This document shows, piece by piece, positions 32,210 through 42,270 of a stretch of 64,000 nt of DNA. The stretch spans positions 20,791-84,790 of IMG/VR virus record IMGVR_UViG_3300046522_000512; one strand, given 5' to 3'. Under the pieces are notes generated by a model that was not told where the DNA came from, did not search any database, and was given only the letters and a program-made list of their open reading frames with translations. Source of the stretch: a virus. The position numbers and the translations under genes are program-made. The first letter of the stretch is position 1. The number at the start of each line of letters is the position of its first letter.

Positions 32210-32575
32210 TCACGCCCCCTCGCCGCTCATCCATACGGCGACGGCCAGAATCGCGCCGAACAGGACAGACCAGGGTGTGAACGTGTACGCCGCGGCGGAC
32301 ATCAGGGCCAGGCCGACGGTGAGGGTGACGTAGCCGCGGTAGAGGCGTACCTGGGGAGGTACGGGCGGCTCAGTCTGGCGGAGGACCGCCCCGCCAGCGG
32401 ATGCCGTCAGTGCGCCGATCAGGAACACGACCGTGGGCGGCGACGCCGAGTAGAGGGCTCCCAGCAGGCCGACCGTCCCGACGCCGGCCAGGAGGAGGCC
32501 GAACAGATCGCGGGCGAGGCGACGCCGCATAGCCCAGCGGGTGGGAGGCGGTGGAGACTGCGTTGGAGGATTCAC
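32210..32575 (-). CDS. Membrane protein (about 4 TM), first gene of the portal operon
   Basis: Hydrophobic ORF; leaderless GTG after a class I promoter. Confidence 0.7.
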   Translation of the reverse strand: MNPPTQSPPPPTRWAMRRRLARDLFGLLLAGVGTVGLLGALYSASPPTVVFLIGALTASAGGAVLRQTEPPVPPQVRLYRGYVTLTVGLALMSAAAYTFTPWSVLFGAILAVAVWMSGEGA

Positions 32576-32615
32576 GCCGCGGACCGTAGGAAGGCCCGCG
32601 GGTTTGCGTCGCGGG

Positions 32616-32774
32616 CTAGGCGTCCAGGTCGATCACTGCGTACGCGATACCGAGCCAGGCCAGGACGGCGACGAAGACCGTGACGGCTGCGGCGGCGCGG
32701 GCGTCACCGGTGTGGGAGAAGGTCAGTCCGCCGGAGATGAGACCGCAGGCGAGACCGGCGAGGAAGACGCGCAT
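32616..32774 (-). CDS. 52-aa two-TM membrane protein
   Basis: AGGA RBS; MRVFLAGLACGLISGG...LAWLGIAYAVIDLDA. Confidence 0.55.
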   Translation of the reverse strand: MRVFLAGLACGLISGGLTFSHTGDARAAAAVTVFVAVLAWLGIAYAVIDLDA

Positions 32775-32783
32775 GGGTGGTTC

Positions 32784-33233
32784 CTATCGGGCGGGGCGTG
32801 AGACGCCGGAGACGTAGGCGCTGATGCCGCGCCGCTGGATGGTGCCGCCGGGGATGAGCTTGGCGCTCGGGGGCGGCTCGGGGAGCTTGCGCTTGGCGCG
32901 CACGCTCTGGTCGCCGCCGATCAGGTGCCGGTTGTCGATGAGCGCTTCGCAGTCCTTGTCGGAGACGTCGTCGTAAGGGCGTCGGCAGCCGCGGCAGTAG
33001 ACCTCAAGGGCGTCGATGCGGGTTCCGGCCGGGGCGGTGAAGGAGCCGCGGAAGTCGGCGGCCTTCGCGATGCGGTCCTCGACCTTGATCTCTGCGGCGA
33101 CGATCCACACGTGCGCGCGGGTCTCGACTTCCGCGGGCTCGGTGGTGTCGGGCGGGGGTGATTCCAGCGGCTCGTCGAAGAGGTCCGCGAACAGACTCAG
33201 TTCCAGTTGGTCCCGCACTACCGCTGTTGTCAC
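32784..33233 (-). CDS. Hypothetical protein with CxxC
   Basis: GGAGGA RBS; YCRGC motif; downstream of a class II promoter. Confidence 0.7.
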   Translation of the reverse strand: MTTAVVRDQLELSLFADLFDEPLESPPPDTTEPAEVETRAHVWIVAAEIKVEDRIAKAADFRGSFTAPAGTRIDALEVYCRGCRRPYDDVSDKDCEALIDNRHLIGGDQSVRAKRKLPEPPPSAKLIPGGTIQRRGISAYVSGVSRPAR

Positions 33234-33403
33234 AGACGATCCTCCGGTATCGCAGTGGCCCCCCAGCGTCAACGCCTCGATGCCATATGGACGTAGTGAC
33301 CGGCCTGTGCGTTACACCTGGTCGTTTCAGGGCAGCAGAAAGCCCCGCTCGTCCACCGCGGGGGTGGAGCGGACGAGCGGGGCCGTACGGGGGTGCGGAG
33401 CGG

Positions 33404-34081
33404 CTACGCGGGCGCGTAGGCGCGCACCAGGAGGGTGCCCAGCACTGCGGGTTCCTGCGGGGGGAGGACTTCCGCGCGCACGTCGGTGAAGCCGTGCCGT
33501 TTGAGGATGTCGGCCCACTGGTCGGCGCTGTACTGCCACCGGTACACCTGTAGTTCCTTCTCGCGGCCCTCCAGCCACTTGCCGCCCATCTGCTGCGCCC
33601 CGTACTGGCCGGTGACGGGCTCGCGGTGGGAGAAGGCGAACACGCCGCCCGGGGCAAGGCGCTTGGCGACTTGGGGGAAAAGGTGCTCGGGGTCGGTGAA
33701 CCAGACGGCGCCCCATGTCGAGTAGATGGCATCCCAGGTGCGCAGGTCGTCGTCGAGGAACGCGCACGCCTCGGCGTGGATGAACTCCAGTCCGGGGAGG
33801 CCTTCCCAGAAGGCGCGGGCGCGGGCGACCTGCACGGGGGAGAAGTCGACGCCGGTCACCTTGGCGCCGGAGCGGGTGAGGTAGGCGGCGTTCTCGCCCT
33901 CGGCCGGCCCCAGGTCGAGGACGGTCGACGGGCTGCCGAGGAGTTCGGCGCCGGGCCCGTTGTCCTTGATGCCGGTCCAGTCGAAGCGCTCGGCCGCGGG
34001 GCGGGGTTCGGCTCCTTCTCCGCGGTAGGGCTTGTACTTGTCCCAGTACTCGGCTGCGGTCTGTGGGGCTGCGCTGGACAT
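33404..34081 (-). CDS. Class I SAM-dependent methyltransferase
   Basis: VLDLGPAEG, VTGVDFS, LAPGG motifs. Confidence 0.9.
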   Translation of the reverse strand: MSSAAPQTAAEYWDKYKPYRGEGAEPRPAAERFDWTGIKDNGPGAELLGSPSTVLDLGPAEGENAAYLTRSGAKVTGVDFSPVQVARARAFWEGLPGLEFIHAEACAFLDDDLRTWDAIYSTWGAVWFTDPEHLFPQVAKRLAPGGVFAFSHREPVTGQYGAQQMGGKWLEGREKELQVYRWQYSADQWADILKRHGFTDVRAEVLPPQEPAVLGTLLVRAYAPA

Positions 34082-34184
34082 GCGGATCCTCCGGGGGAGA
34101 GACGAACTCCAGAGGCGTCACGCTAGCGGCGGCGCTGCCGTGCCGTACGGGAAAGGAAGAAACCGTCACATACCTGAACAAAGA

Positions 34185-34216
34185 CGCCCGGGGTCGCGTG
34201 ATGCGACCCCGGGCGC
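34185..34216. terminator. Hairpin terminator
   Basis: cgcccggggtcgc-gtgat-gcgaccccgggcg after the 34232 stop. Confidence 0.55.
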
Positions 34217-34231
34217 CTTACGGCCTACCGG

Positions 34232-34699
34232 TCAGTGGCAGCTCGTGCCCGGCGCGCACGGCGTGCACTTGGAGAAGTCCGCCTCCCACAGCGGCCAGTC
34301 CACGCCGAAACCGTTGTCAGCGATGACGTGGGCGGTCCGCTCGACGGAGCCGTCGTACTTGAACGCGATCTCCGGAATGTGTTCCAGGAACCGGCCGAAG
34401 TGCCGCTCGCAGAATTCCCGGTAGTTGCGGGTGTCCAGGATGAAGCCGTGGACCGCGATGTCCACGATCCGCCCGCAGCCGATCTCCAGGCGGTCGTCCC
34501 ACCGCTCCATCGCGGTCATGAGGTAGGCGACGGCCTGCCCGAACAGGCGCTCAGCCATCACCCGGTCGAACGGGTTGTCGCGCATGAGGAGGAGGATCTG
34601 GCGGTCCCACACGTCCGGGGCGACGTAGTCCCGGGGGTCGCGGGTGACCGTGTATTCCTCGCGGTCCTTCGTGATGAGCTGCGGTGTTGGTGTTGCCAT
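34232..34699 (-). CDS. GRDP-like (glycine-rich domain protein family) protein with a Cys-rich tail
   Basis: VDIAVHGFILDTRNYREFC...FLEHIP pattern; ends CTPCAPGTSCH. Confidence 0.65.
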   Translation of the reverse strand: MATPTPQLITKDREEYTVTRDPRDYVAPDVWDRQILLLMRDNPFDRVMAERLFGQAVAYLMTAMERWDDRLEIGCGRIVDIAVHGFILDTRNYREFCERHFGRFLEHIPEIAFKYDGSVERTAHVIADNGFGVDWPLWEADFSKCTPCAPGTSCH

Positions 34700-34837
34700 G
34701 GTGCCCTCCGGTGTCGGATTGCGTGGCGCTACCTCCCGGCCGACGGATGACGGCCGGGCTGCCCGCACCACACGGGTGCGGGGGTGGAGAGGCGCCGGGC
34801 GGGGGAGACGGGGGTGCATCCCCCGGCCGGCGCCGGT

Positions 34838-35293
34838 CTATGTGGGCCCGGCGGCCTCGGCCGTGGGCAGGTAGGTCAGGAACACGGCGCGGCGGTGGAG
34901 CTGTTCGAGCAGCAGCGCGTACGTCTCGTTGTCCGTCGTGATCGCGGCCCGGCTGATGGCGACGATGCCGTCCGCGAAGCCTTGCCCCGCGTACAGGCAG
35001 GCCTCCGTGAACCCGGACCGCTGCCCGATCTCGGGGGCCTGGCCGACGTCGGCGAACGAGGACGCCGCGAGCCGCCACCCACGGCTCCGTACGTGGTTCT
35101 CGATCAGCTCCAGATCCGCGCGCCGTTCGGCGCCCGGCTCGGCCAGCGCGTAGGGGACGACGCGGACCGTACGGCCCACAGCACGGGCCGCGGCCACGGT
35201 CTCCAACTGGAAGCGCCGTCGCACTATCTCCAGCCGCACGTCCTCCGGCCGGGGCGTGGCGGCGAGCGGCGGGTATTTGCTGGGTGTCGTCAC
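34838..35293 (-). CDS. Degenerate serine-recombinase (resolvase) catalytic-like domain protein
   Basis: GW..F.D.G...R.GF...G.ADGIV pattern, but no YxRVS catalytic serine motif. Confidence 0.55.
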   Translation of the reverse strand: MTTPSKYPPLAATPRPEDVRLEIVRRRFQLETVAAARAVGRTVRVVPYALAEPGAERRADLELIENHVRSRGWRLAASSFADVGQAPEIGQRSGFTEACLYAGQGFADGIVAISRAAITTDNETYALLLEQLHRRAVFLTYLPTAEAAGPT

Positions 35294-35315
35294 AGTGCCT
35301 TCCCTCACGATCGGA

Positions 35316-35900
35316 TCAGGAGCTGGTGCTCAGGGACTCGCCGAGGAGTTCCTCGTGCGGGATGGGGCCCGGCTTGAACCGGTCGAGGAGATCGGCCAGG
35401 GGCCAGTGCGGCACGAGACGGTCACCGCGGCACGGGCGTAGCCAGTACGGGCCCGGCGGCTGGGTCCGCTGCAGGGGCGGCAGGGTGAGTTCGTGCGGGG
35501 CGCCCCGGCATATGCCGTAGCTGTTGTCCCAGATTGCATGCGTGCCCGGCGGCACGAGCCAGATGAGCAGATCCTGCTCCGGGTCCGCGATGACCGGGCC
35601 GCAGGCGGGGGTGTCAGAGCGTGCGCCCCGGAGGCGCTGGACTTCGTCCATGAGGTCCATGACGGCGTGGGCTTGGGGGCCGGAGGCGGTCACGACAGCG
35701 TCGAAGAACTGGCCGCCTAACGGTAACCGGAACGGGTTCCCGTGCTGGAGATCCATCAGGTTCCGTACGCGCGCGGCGAGGTCGCTCATGTCCTGTGCGA
35801 CGTCCTCGGGCGCGGCGTCCAGGGTGGGCCTGAAGTCGACGCTGCCGGGCCCGCGGCGGAGTGGCTGCGCCGCACGCTGGGGAAGGGGCGCGGGCGTCAT
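35316..35900 (-). CDS. Hypothetical protein of the XRE/ATP-binding cassette (two TTA codons)
   Basis: Coupled to the ATP-binding gene; GPVIADP...WLVPPG motif. Confidence 0.7.
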   Translation of the reverse strand: MTPAPLPQRAAQPLRRGPGSVDFRPTLDAAPEDVAQDMSDLAARVRNLMDLQHGNPFRLPLGGQFFDAVVTASGPQAHAVMDLMDEVQRLRGARSDTPACGPVIADPEQDLLIWLVPPGTHAIWDNSYGICRGAPHELTLPPLQRTQPPGPYWLRPCRGDRLVPHWPLADLLDRFKPGPIPHEELLGESLSTSS

Positions 35901-36451
35901 ACGGCATCGCCCCAGGTCGCGGGGAGAAGGGCCTGCACGGTCTTGCCGACGACCTCGCCATCGTCCTTCTGGTGGTCCCATGAGGCGGTGCCGCGGTAGT
36001 GGGCCAGCCACCACAGGCCGGGGGGCGCGGACCGGGGCTCATGGCTCTGGTTCGCGACCTGGTCGAAGTCCGGGAACTCGGGGAACGCGTCGTCGACCTC
36101 GATGAGCAGTTCGTCCGTGTCGGGGTGGGCGAGCAGCCGCAGGACAACCTTCCCGTCGGCGAAGGGCCGCCCGTGCCTCACGGCGTTGTCGACCAGGTGG
36201 GAGGCGACCCGGGCGGCGGCGTCGATGTTGCCGGGCCAGGAACAGACCGTGAGCCGCGGGCGGATGCGCAGCCGCGCGTTCGTTGCTGCTCCGCTGTCGG
36301 CGACCAGGCGGGTGCTCCATCGGAACGGGGACTGCTCTGCGGGCAGCGGAAGGAGTGCGGTCGCAGTGCCGGCCGGGCGCAGCACAGTGGCGGACGCTCC
36401 CCCGGGCGGGGGGACCGCTGGGGCTGCGGGTTCGGTTGCGCGCGGTTTCAC
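35897..36451 (-). CDS. HATPase-like ATP-binding (anti-sigma-like) protein
   Basis: ASHLVDNAVRHG, IEVDD, GKTVQA. Confidence 0.8.
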   Translation of the reverse strand: MKPRATEPAAPAVPPPGGASATVLRPAGTATALLPLPAEQSPFRWSTRLVADSGAATNARLRIRPRLTVCSWPGNIDAAARVASHLVDNAVRHGRPFADGKVVLRLLAHPDTDELLIEVDDAFPEFPDFDQVANQSHEPRSAPPGLWWLAHYRGTASWDHQKDDGEVVGKTVQALLPATWGDAV

Positions 36452-36688
36452 GGCGGGGGGCTCCCAGGTTCATGGTTGTGCTCGGTCGGGCACTCTCTGC
36501 GAGGGCTGACACCACCGTGGCAACCGTGGGGGGACGGATCTACCCCCATATCCGCCTCGGGTTCGGGAGAGAAGTTGACGCCTTCCCTCGGACGTTCCTC
36601 GGACTTCCCTCGGATCGGTAAGTACCGTCTGTAGAGGGCATCTTGAGTGAGACAAGGTTCTACCGTCGGATCAGTGACGTGCAGTCGG

Positions 36689-38029
36689 ATGTTCGAGGAG
36701 GAAGCCGTGTTGCTCTTCCGGAAGGCGCTGGAGTTACGCGGCATACGCACCCCTGATGACTTCCTCCCGGAGTACCGGAAGGTGGCCGAGCGGCTCGGGT
36801 CGAGGGACGCGGAACCGGCCCTGAAGACCGTCGAAGGATGGATCTACGAGGGGCGGAAGCCGCAGCGGGTGTTCCGGCCGGTCATCGTCGAGATGCTGGG
36901 TTACACCATCGAGCAACTGTGGTCCCCGGAGGACGCCGCGCCGTACTTCGCTGCGCAGGCAGACACGTCACCGACTGCACCCCATGTCGAGTTCGGCATG
37001 GACCTGATCGAGATGAGAAGGACGGGCACGATGGCAGTACGACGCGCGAAGGATTTCCTGCTCGGGGCAGACCGGGACCGGGTGGGCGACGACACGCTCG
37101 GCGTGCTCGACGACGAGGTGCGGCGCCTGGTCGCCGAGTACCCCCGGGTCCCGCTCCCGACGGTGTGGCCCGACTTGCTGGAGACCCAAGAACAGGTCTT
37201 CCGGCTCCTGGAAGGCGGCCGCGTCCGGCCCTCCCAGCTCCGCGACCTGAACGTCGCGGGCGCCATCCTGAGTTTCTTGGTCGCCAAGGGCTTCAACGAC
37301 ATGCAGAACCCCCACGAGGCCATGACGATGACCCGGGTCGCAGCAGCGTGCGCCAGGGACGCCGAACACCCCGGGCTCATCGCCCTCACCGACGGACTCA
37401 AGTCGCTCATCGCCTACTGGGCCGGGCGGCCCGCGGACGCCTACCACTACGCCGGCCAGGGTGCCGAGAGCGCCGTCAACGTGCAGGGGACAGCGGGCCT
37501 GTGGCTCCTCGGCCTCAAGTCGCGCGCCGCCGCGGTGCTCGGCGACGAGGAGACCGTGCGCGAGGCGAACCGGCAGGCCGCCGACCGGAGAGAGCGCGTC
37601 GTCCCGGACGACCTGGACGAGCTCGGCGGACTGTTCACCTACAGCCGCGCAAAGCAGCTCTATTACTCGGTGGAGGCCGAAGCGCTCCTGGGCCACGGCA
37701 GTGCGCAGCTCGCCGCGCAGGCCGAGGAAGCCGTCGACGCGTTCGCCGACCCCAACGCCCCTGACTGGGCATTCGGCGACCTCGCAGGCGCACAGTGCGA
37801 CCTCGCGCTCGTCCGCCTCTACAGCAGCGACGCGGACGGCGCAGCGACCGCCATCCGCCCCGTGCTCAACCTGCCCGCCTCCCACCGCAACAACGGGATC
37901 ATCGTCTCCGCCAGTCGCGTCCGCTCCGCACTGGATACCGGCCCCGTGCGGACAGCTGCGGTCGCGCGTGACCTGCGCGCGGAGATTGAGGCATTCCCGG
38001 GCGCCAGGCCTGCCCTGCCCCGCGGGTAG
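36689..38029 (+). CDS. XRE-family regulator with a helical C-terminal domain
   Basis: N-terminal HTH (KTVEGWIYEGRKP); divergent from the ATP-binding gene; early TTA codon. Confidence 0.75.
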   Translation: MFEEEAVLLFRKALELRGIRTPDDFLPEYRKVAERLGSRDAEPALKTVEGWIYEGRKPQRVFRPVIVEMLGYTIEQLWSPEDAAPYFAAQADTSPTAPHVEFGMDLIEMRRTGTMAVRRAKDFLLGADRDRVGDDTLGVLDDEVRRLVAEYPRVPLPTVWPDLLETQEQVFRLLEGGRVRPSQLRDLNVAGAILSFLVAKGFNDMQNPHEAMTMTRVAAACARDAEHPGLIALTDGLKSLIAYWAGRPADAYHYAGQGAESAVNVQGTAGLWLLGLKSRAAAVLGDEETVREANRQAADRRERVVPDDLDELGGLFTYSRAKQLYYSVEAEALLGHGSAQLAAQAEEAVDAFADPNAPDWAFGDLAGAQCDLALVRLYSSDADGAATAIRPVLNLPASHRNNGIIVSASRVRSALDTGPVRTAAVARDLRAEIEAFPGARPALPRG

Positions 38030-38038
38030 AGTCCGGGC

Positions 38039-38581
38039 ATGCACCCGGTCATCCGTTCCAGCAAACGCCTCGACCTGCGGGAGCTCGCCCTCACGGACGT
38101 GGGGGCGTTGCACGCCATCTACGGCAGCCCCGTCGCGACCGCACACCTGTCGTTCGAGCCCCGCAGCCGAGAGCAGGTCGAACAGATCGTGGCCCGGTCC
38201 GTGGTGGCCGCCGCGGAGACACCCCGCACCGAGTACGCGCTCGCCGTCATCGAGAAGGAGACGGGCGAGCTGATCGGGTCCGGTCGTCTGGCCCTCGATC
38301 CCCACCAGCAGCGCGGAGCCACCATCGGCTTCGCGCTGCGCCCGCAGTCGTGGGGACGGGGTTACGGCTTGGAGACGGTGCGGCTCCTTCTCGGCCTCGG
38401 CTTCAACGACCTCGACCTGCACCGTATTTGGGGCGCCCGTGCCCCGCTCAACGTCCCTTCGGCGCGCACCATGGCGGCCGCTGGCATGGTCGAAGAGGGC
38501 GTCATCCGCGGGCACGTCCTGAAGGGCGGAGGATGGCGGGACTCCGTCGTGCACGCAATCCTCGACCGCGAGTGGGACTGA
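38039..38581 (+). CDS. RimJ/RimL-type GNAT acetyltransferase
   Basis: WGRGYG, LHRIWG, NVPSAR, GMVEEG. Confidence 0.9.
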   Translation: MHPVIRSSKRLDLRELALTDVGALHAIYGSPVATAHLSFEPRSREQVEQIVARSVVAAAETPRTEYALAVIEKETGELIGSGRLALDPHQQRGATIGFALRPQSWGRGYGLETVRLLLGLGFNDLDLHRIWGARAPLNVPSARTMAAAGMVEEGVIRGHVLKGGGWRDSVVHAILDREWD

Positions 38582-38588
38582 CGAACGA

Positions 38589-39809
38589 CTAGCCTGCGCC
38601 GTCCGCGCCTTCGGTGCGGGCCTGCTGTACGGCGGCATGCGCAGGGCCGCCGTACAGCGGCACCGCGGCGAGCGGGTCCTTCTCCCCCTGACCGTGAGTG
38701 CGGTCGTACACCGTGTCGGCGGTGTGCGAGCCATCCGCCCACCGGCCAGCCGTGTTGCGCTCCTTGAGCGGGACGCCTGCCGCGATCATGTCGGTGTTCG
38801 CCCCGGCCCGCCACGAGTGCGAGCGGACCCGCTGACCGTCGATGTACGGCACCCCTGCCCGCTCGGCGAGGAGCTGGAACCGCTCGTTCAGGGAGCCGGG
38901 GCGCATCTTCTTCCCGCGCTTGCGGTCCTCCGGGTAGGAGCGCAGGCCGCCTTTCACCGTCAGGGACCGGAACAGCGGATCATTGGGGCCGTTCGCGCCG
39001 AGCTCGCGCAGGACATCGAGCCACGCGCGGGCGCGGCGGACGAGTTGGAGGTCTTCCCGGTCCTGGATGAACCGCCCGGCGCCCTTTCCGGCCTGGTCGG
39101 TCTTGGACGTCGCCGTGATCACGTAGAGGCCCGTGTCGTGGACGCGGACCCGCCCGACGAGCTGATCGGCGAGCTCCATCTCCCGGTGCAGGTTGACGTA
39201 CGCCAGGACCGCGAGGAACGCGTCCCGCTTGCCGATGGGGGTGTCCTCGTCGATCGACGCAATGATCCGCAGGTTGTACGTGAGCGTGACGGCCGCAGCC
39301 CGGTCGACCTCCCCGCCGGCCTTCACCCACTCTTTGCGCCAGGCCCTGACCCGACCCTGCGCGCGGGAGCGGTCGGGGCGCATGCCCACCGGCTGCCAGT
39401 TGTAGATGCGGGAGAGGTACTGCGCGACCGTGTCCGGCTTGAACTCCCCCGCCTTGCCCCTGCGGATCAAGTGCAGGGCGTACGAGGTGTACGTCCGGGT
39501 TGTGCACGGGGACGCGAGGAGCGGCGGCTTCTGCTGCGCGCACCAGGCCTCGAAGGCCCGGACCGTGGAGTCGCGGTTGATGACGGTGTTCTCCGCCAGG
39601 TCCGGCTGTTCGAGGTCTTCGACGTCCTGTTCGGTCAGCCGGAAGTCGGCATCGGTCCACGCGGGCCGCTCGTCGGCGAGCGGCGGCATCTCGCCGGGCG
39701 CAAGCATCGTGTGTTGGTTGACCAGGTAGCGCGGCTGTTCGGCGACGGCCGGGCCGGGGTGTCCGGCGGGCACCAACTCGCCTTCGACGATGTCCAGTTC
39801 CGAGGTCAA
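38589..39809 (-). CDS. Cre-like tyrosine recombinase
   Basis: HREMEL, SKTDQ, SHSWRAG, GRW...VYDR catalytic pattern. Confidence 0.85.
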   Translation of the reverse strand: MTSELDIVEGELVPAGHPGPAVAEQPRYLVNQHTMLAPGEMPPLADERPAWTDADFRLTEQDVEDLEQPDLAENTVINRDSTVRAFEAWCAQQKPPLLASPCTTRTYTSYALHLIRRGKAGEFKPDTVAQYLSRIYNWQPVGMRPDRSRAQGRVRAWRKEWVKAGGEVDRAAAVTLTYNLRIIASIDEDTPIGKRDAFLAVLAYVNLHREMELADQLVGRVRVHDTGLYVITATSKTDQAGKGAGRFIQDREDLQLVRRARAWLDVLRELGANGPNDPLFRSLTVKGGLRSYPEDRKRGKKMRPGSLNERFQLLAERAGVPYIDGQRVRSHSWRAGANTDMIAAGVPLKERNTAGRWADGSHTADTVYDRTHGQGEKDPLAAVPLYGGPAHAAVQQARTEGADGAG

Positions 39810-40306
39810 GACTCCTCCGGCGGCGCGTACTCGGGGTGCTCGGGGTGGTCGATGAACGGGGCGGAGAACTGCTGCACCATCACCAAGAGGGCGTTGTCCG
39901 GCTTGCCCTCCTCGATCGAGCGCTTCAGGAAGGCGACCAGCAGCGACTTGCCCTGAAGGTCTTCACGGGTCCGGTAGGGCTGGTTGCGGACGATGTGGAG
40001 CGCGGCGGCCTGGTCGGCGAAGTGCCCGCGGCCGGTAAGGACCGGGGCGAAGACCCGCCCGCCGGCGGTCTGCACGCCGAAGCGGCGCGCGTCCGGCTCG
40101 GTCAGCTCCCACCAGCCGTCTTCCGCGGCCACCATGGCACCGTCCAGCTCCTCTTTGATGCGGGCTTCCAGGAAGGCCGCCCACTGCGCGGCCGTCGCCG
40201 TAGCGGGTTCGGCGTCCGGTCGCTCGGGTCGCTGTCCGTGGACGGCTGACGGCGCCTCGGTCGGCTCCGGCCGGTACCCCTTCGGGCTGTAGGCGTCGCG
40301 CCTCAC
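39806..40306 (-). CDS. DUF6221-like protein
   Basis: FLEARI.EE...HIVRNQP.R...PFIDHPEHP pattern. Confidence 0.6.
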   Translation of the reverse strand: MRRDAYSPKGYRPEPTEAPSAVHGQRPERPDAEPATATAAQWAAFLEARIKEELDGAMVAAEDGWWELTEPDARRFGVQTAGGRVFAPVLTGRGHFADQAAALHIVRNQPYRTREDLQGKSLLVAFLKRSIEEGKPDNALLVMVQQFSAPFIDHPEHPEYAPPEES

Positions 40307-40881
40307 GACTCCGTCCCGTTCTGACGCTTGGGGTCGGCGTCCGTCTTGAGGAAGGCATCCGCCCACTCGGTCAGCGAGTCCTGGTTATCGAGATCCGTCA
40401 CCGGTCCGACCATCCGCATGATGGTGTACATCTCGGCGGGCTTCTCCGTGCGCAGGCCGGTGCGGGGCTTCCAACGGGGCTCGGTGTGGGTGAAGTTCTC
40501 CGCGCGTTCGCGGATGGCCTCCTTGGCGGACGGGTCTGCCGAGGTGCCCATGCGGCCGAGCACCGGGTGGATCTCCTCAGGCTCGTTGAGGCCGAGTTGG
40601 CGGGCGGCGCCTTCCGGGTCGGCTCCTACGGCGTCGGCCGCGATGTGCGTGCCCGCTTCGTCCAGGGCGCGGTACAGGCCGTGCGCGGCGGTGATGAATG
40701 CGGGGGTGCTCTGGTCGTCACGGGGGGCGAGCCGGTAGCCGGGCGGCAGTGGGTCACCGGCGGCCGGCTCCTGGTCGAGCCAGAGCCGCCACACTGTGCC
40801 GTGTGGGTCTTCCGCTTCGTACGTGTTTTCACTGTGGTCGCCCACGATGTCCCATTGCGGTAGCGGGCCGCGCGTGGCCAT
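40303..40881 (-). CDS. Hypothetical protein
   Basis: GGAGGGG RBS, codon bias, coupled to downstream genes. Confidence 0.65.
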   Translation of the reverse strand: MATRGPLPQWDIVGDHSENTYEAEDPHGTVWRLWLDQEPAAGDPLPPGYRLAPRDDQSTPAFITAAHGLYRALDEAGTHIAADAVGADPEGAARQLGLNEPEEIHPVLGRMGTSADPSAKEAIRERAENFTHTEPRWKPRTGLRTEKPAEMYTIMRMVGPVTDLDNQDSLTEWADAFLKTDADPKRQNGTES

Positions 40882-41070
40882 GTGTACCCCTCCCCTGGTT
40901 GCCGGTTATTCCAGGCAGAATACCCGATAAGGCTGCCCTAACTAGGGTTCCGGGAGGGCGTGTTGCACACTGACCCGAGTTTCACCGTGAATGACCTGAC
41001 ATCCACACGGGCGACCCCTACACTCAGGTGAGTCTTAGCTGAATCTAGGCTCATTTCTCCTGGAGGCGAT

Positions 41071-41673
41071 ATGCGGGTAACCCTCGAAGCCGACGACGAA
41101 AGCCCGCTCGCCGCGGCGCTCCTCGAAGCGGCCCGCCATCCCGACACCACCGTCACCGTCGGCGACCCTGTCTGGACGCCCGAGCGCGCCGACCGGTTCG
41201 TCACCGAGGTGTCGATGCCAGGCCGCCGGCTGCTGCGCGCGGCCGCCGAGGGAAGCGGCCGGGTCGACGGCGAGAAGTTCCGCGAACAACACGGGGAACG
41301 GGCGCTGCACGGGCCGTCGGCCGCCATCACCAAGACCGTCAACCGCGGTATCCGGGAAGGGTGGTTGCCCGAGGGCGCGGAACTGCCGCTCTCCTCCACC
41401 TACGACGGCCGCTCCTCATGGTCCAAGACCGACGGATACCGGCTCCCCGCCCATCTGGCCGACATCTTCCGTGACGCCTTCACCCGGGTCTACCCCGCCG
41501 GGGCCGAGTCGCTGAACGACGTCCGCGAGCACCTGGCCGACATCTACGAGCAGGGCGGCCGCGACCGCGAATACGCGCTTGAGCGGGCCGACACGTTCCT
41601 CGAAACGCACGCCGACGCACTCACCCAGTGGGCCCTGGCCCGCGTCAACGCAGAGAGCAGGACGAGCGCATGA
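41071..41673 (+). CDS. Hypothetical protein
   Basis: GGAGG RBS, typical codon usage. Confidence 0.7.
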   Translation: MRVTLEADDESPLAAALLEAARHPDTTVTVGDPVWTPERADRFVTEVSMPGRRLLRAAAEGSGRVDGEKFREQHGERALHGPSAAITKTVNRGIREGWLPEGAELPLSSTYDGRSSWSKTDGYRLPAHLADIFRDAFTRVYPAGAESLNDVREHLADIYEQGGRDREYALERADTFLETHADALTQWALARVNAESRTSA

Positions 41674-42269
41674 CCCGCCAGACCGCCGCCCCGTTCGACC
41701 ACGTCAGCCTGAACCCGACCTACCAGTCGGCGCGTTGGCTCGCCAGGCGCGTCGAGGAGGAGGAGATCGTCATCGATCCCCCCTACCAGCGCGGGGACGT
41801 GTGGAGAGAGGACCAGCGCGTCGCGTTGGTGCAGACGTGGCTGCGCGGCCTGCCCGCCGGCGTCGTGATCCTGTCCGACCGCTGCACCGAGGGATGGCGC
41901 AGGGCCAACCGCGGCCACGACCCGTACGAGACCGGCAAGGGCCTGTGGGCGTGCGTGGACGGCAAGCAGCGCCTGACCACCGCGGTGATGTGGTTCAACA
42001 GCGAGTTCGCTATCCCGGCGTCGTGGCTTCCCGCCGACTACGTCGCGGTCACCGAGGACACCGACGACGGCCCGTACGTCCGGTTCAACGGCTGCACGCC
42101 GATGGGGGAGCGCTTCCTGGAGCGGTACTGCTCGCTCCTCGTCGCCGACACCAAGGACTGCGCAACCGAGGCGGAAGAGGCGGAGTTCTACCTGCTGGTG
42201 AATGGCGGCGGTACCCCGCAGACGGAGGAGAACATGGCGAACGCTGCCCGCGTCGCCGAAGGAGCCTGA
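41670..42269 (+). CDS. Stand-alone DUF262 (GmrS/ParB-like) domain protein
   Basis: PPYQRGDVW, GLPAG, VDGKQRLTT. Confidence 0.8.
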   Translation: MTRQTAAPFDHVSLNPTYQSARWLARRVEEEEIVIDPPYQRGDVWREDQRVALVQTWLRGLPAGVVILSDRCTEGWRRANRGHDPYETGKGLWACVDGKQRLTTAVMWFNSEFAIPASWLPADYVAVTEDTDDGPYVRFNGCTPMGERFLERYCSLLVADTKDCATEAEEAEFYLLVNGGGTPQTEENMANAARVAEGA

Positions 42270-42270
42270 C

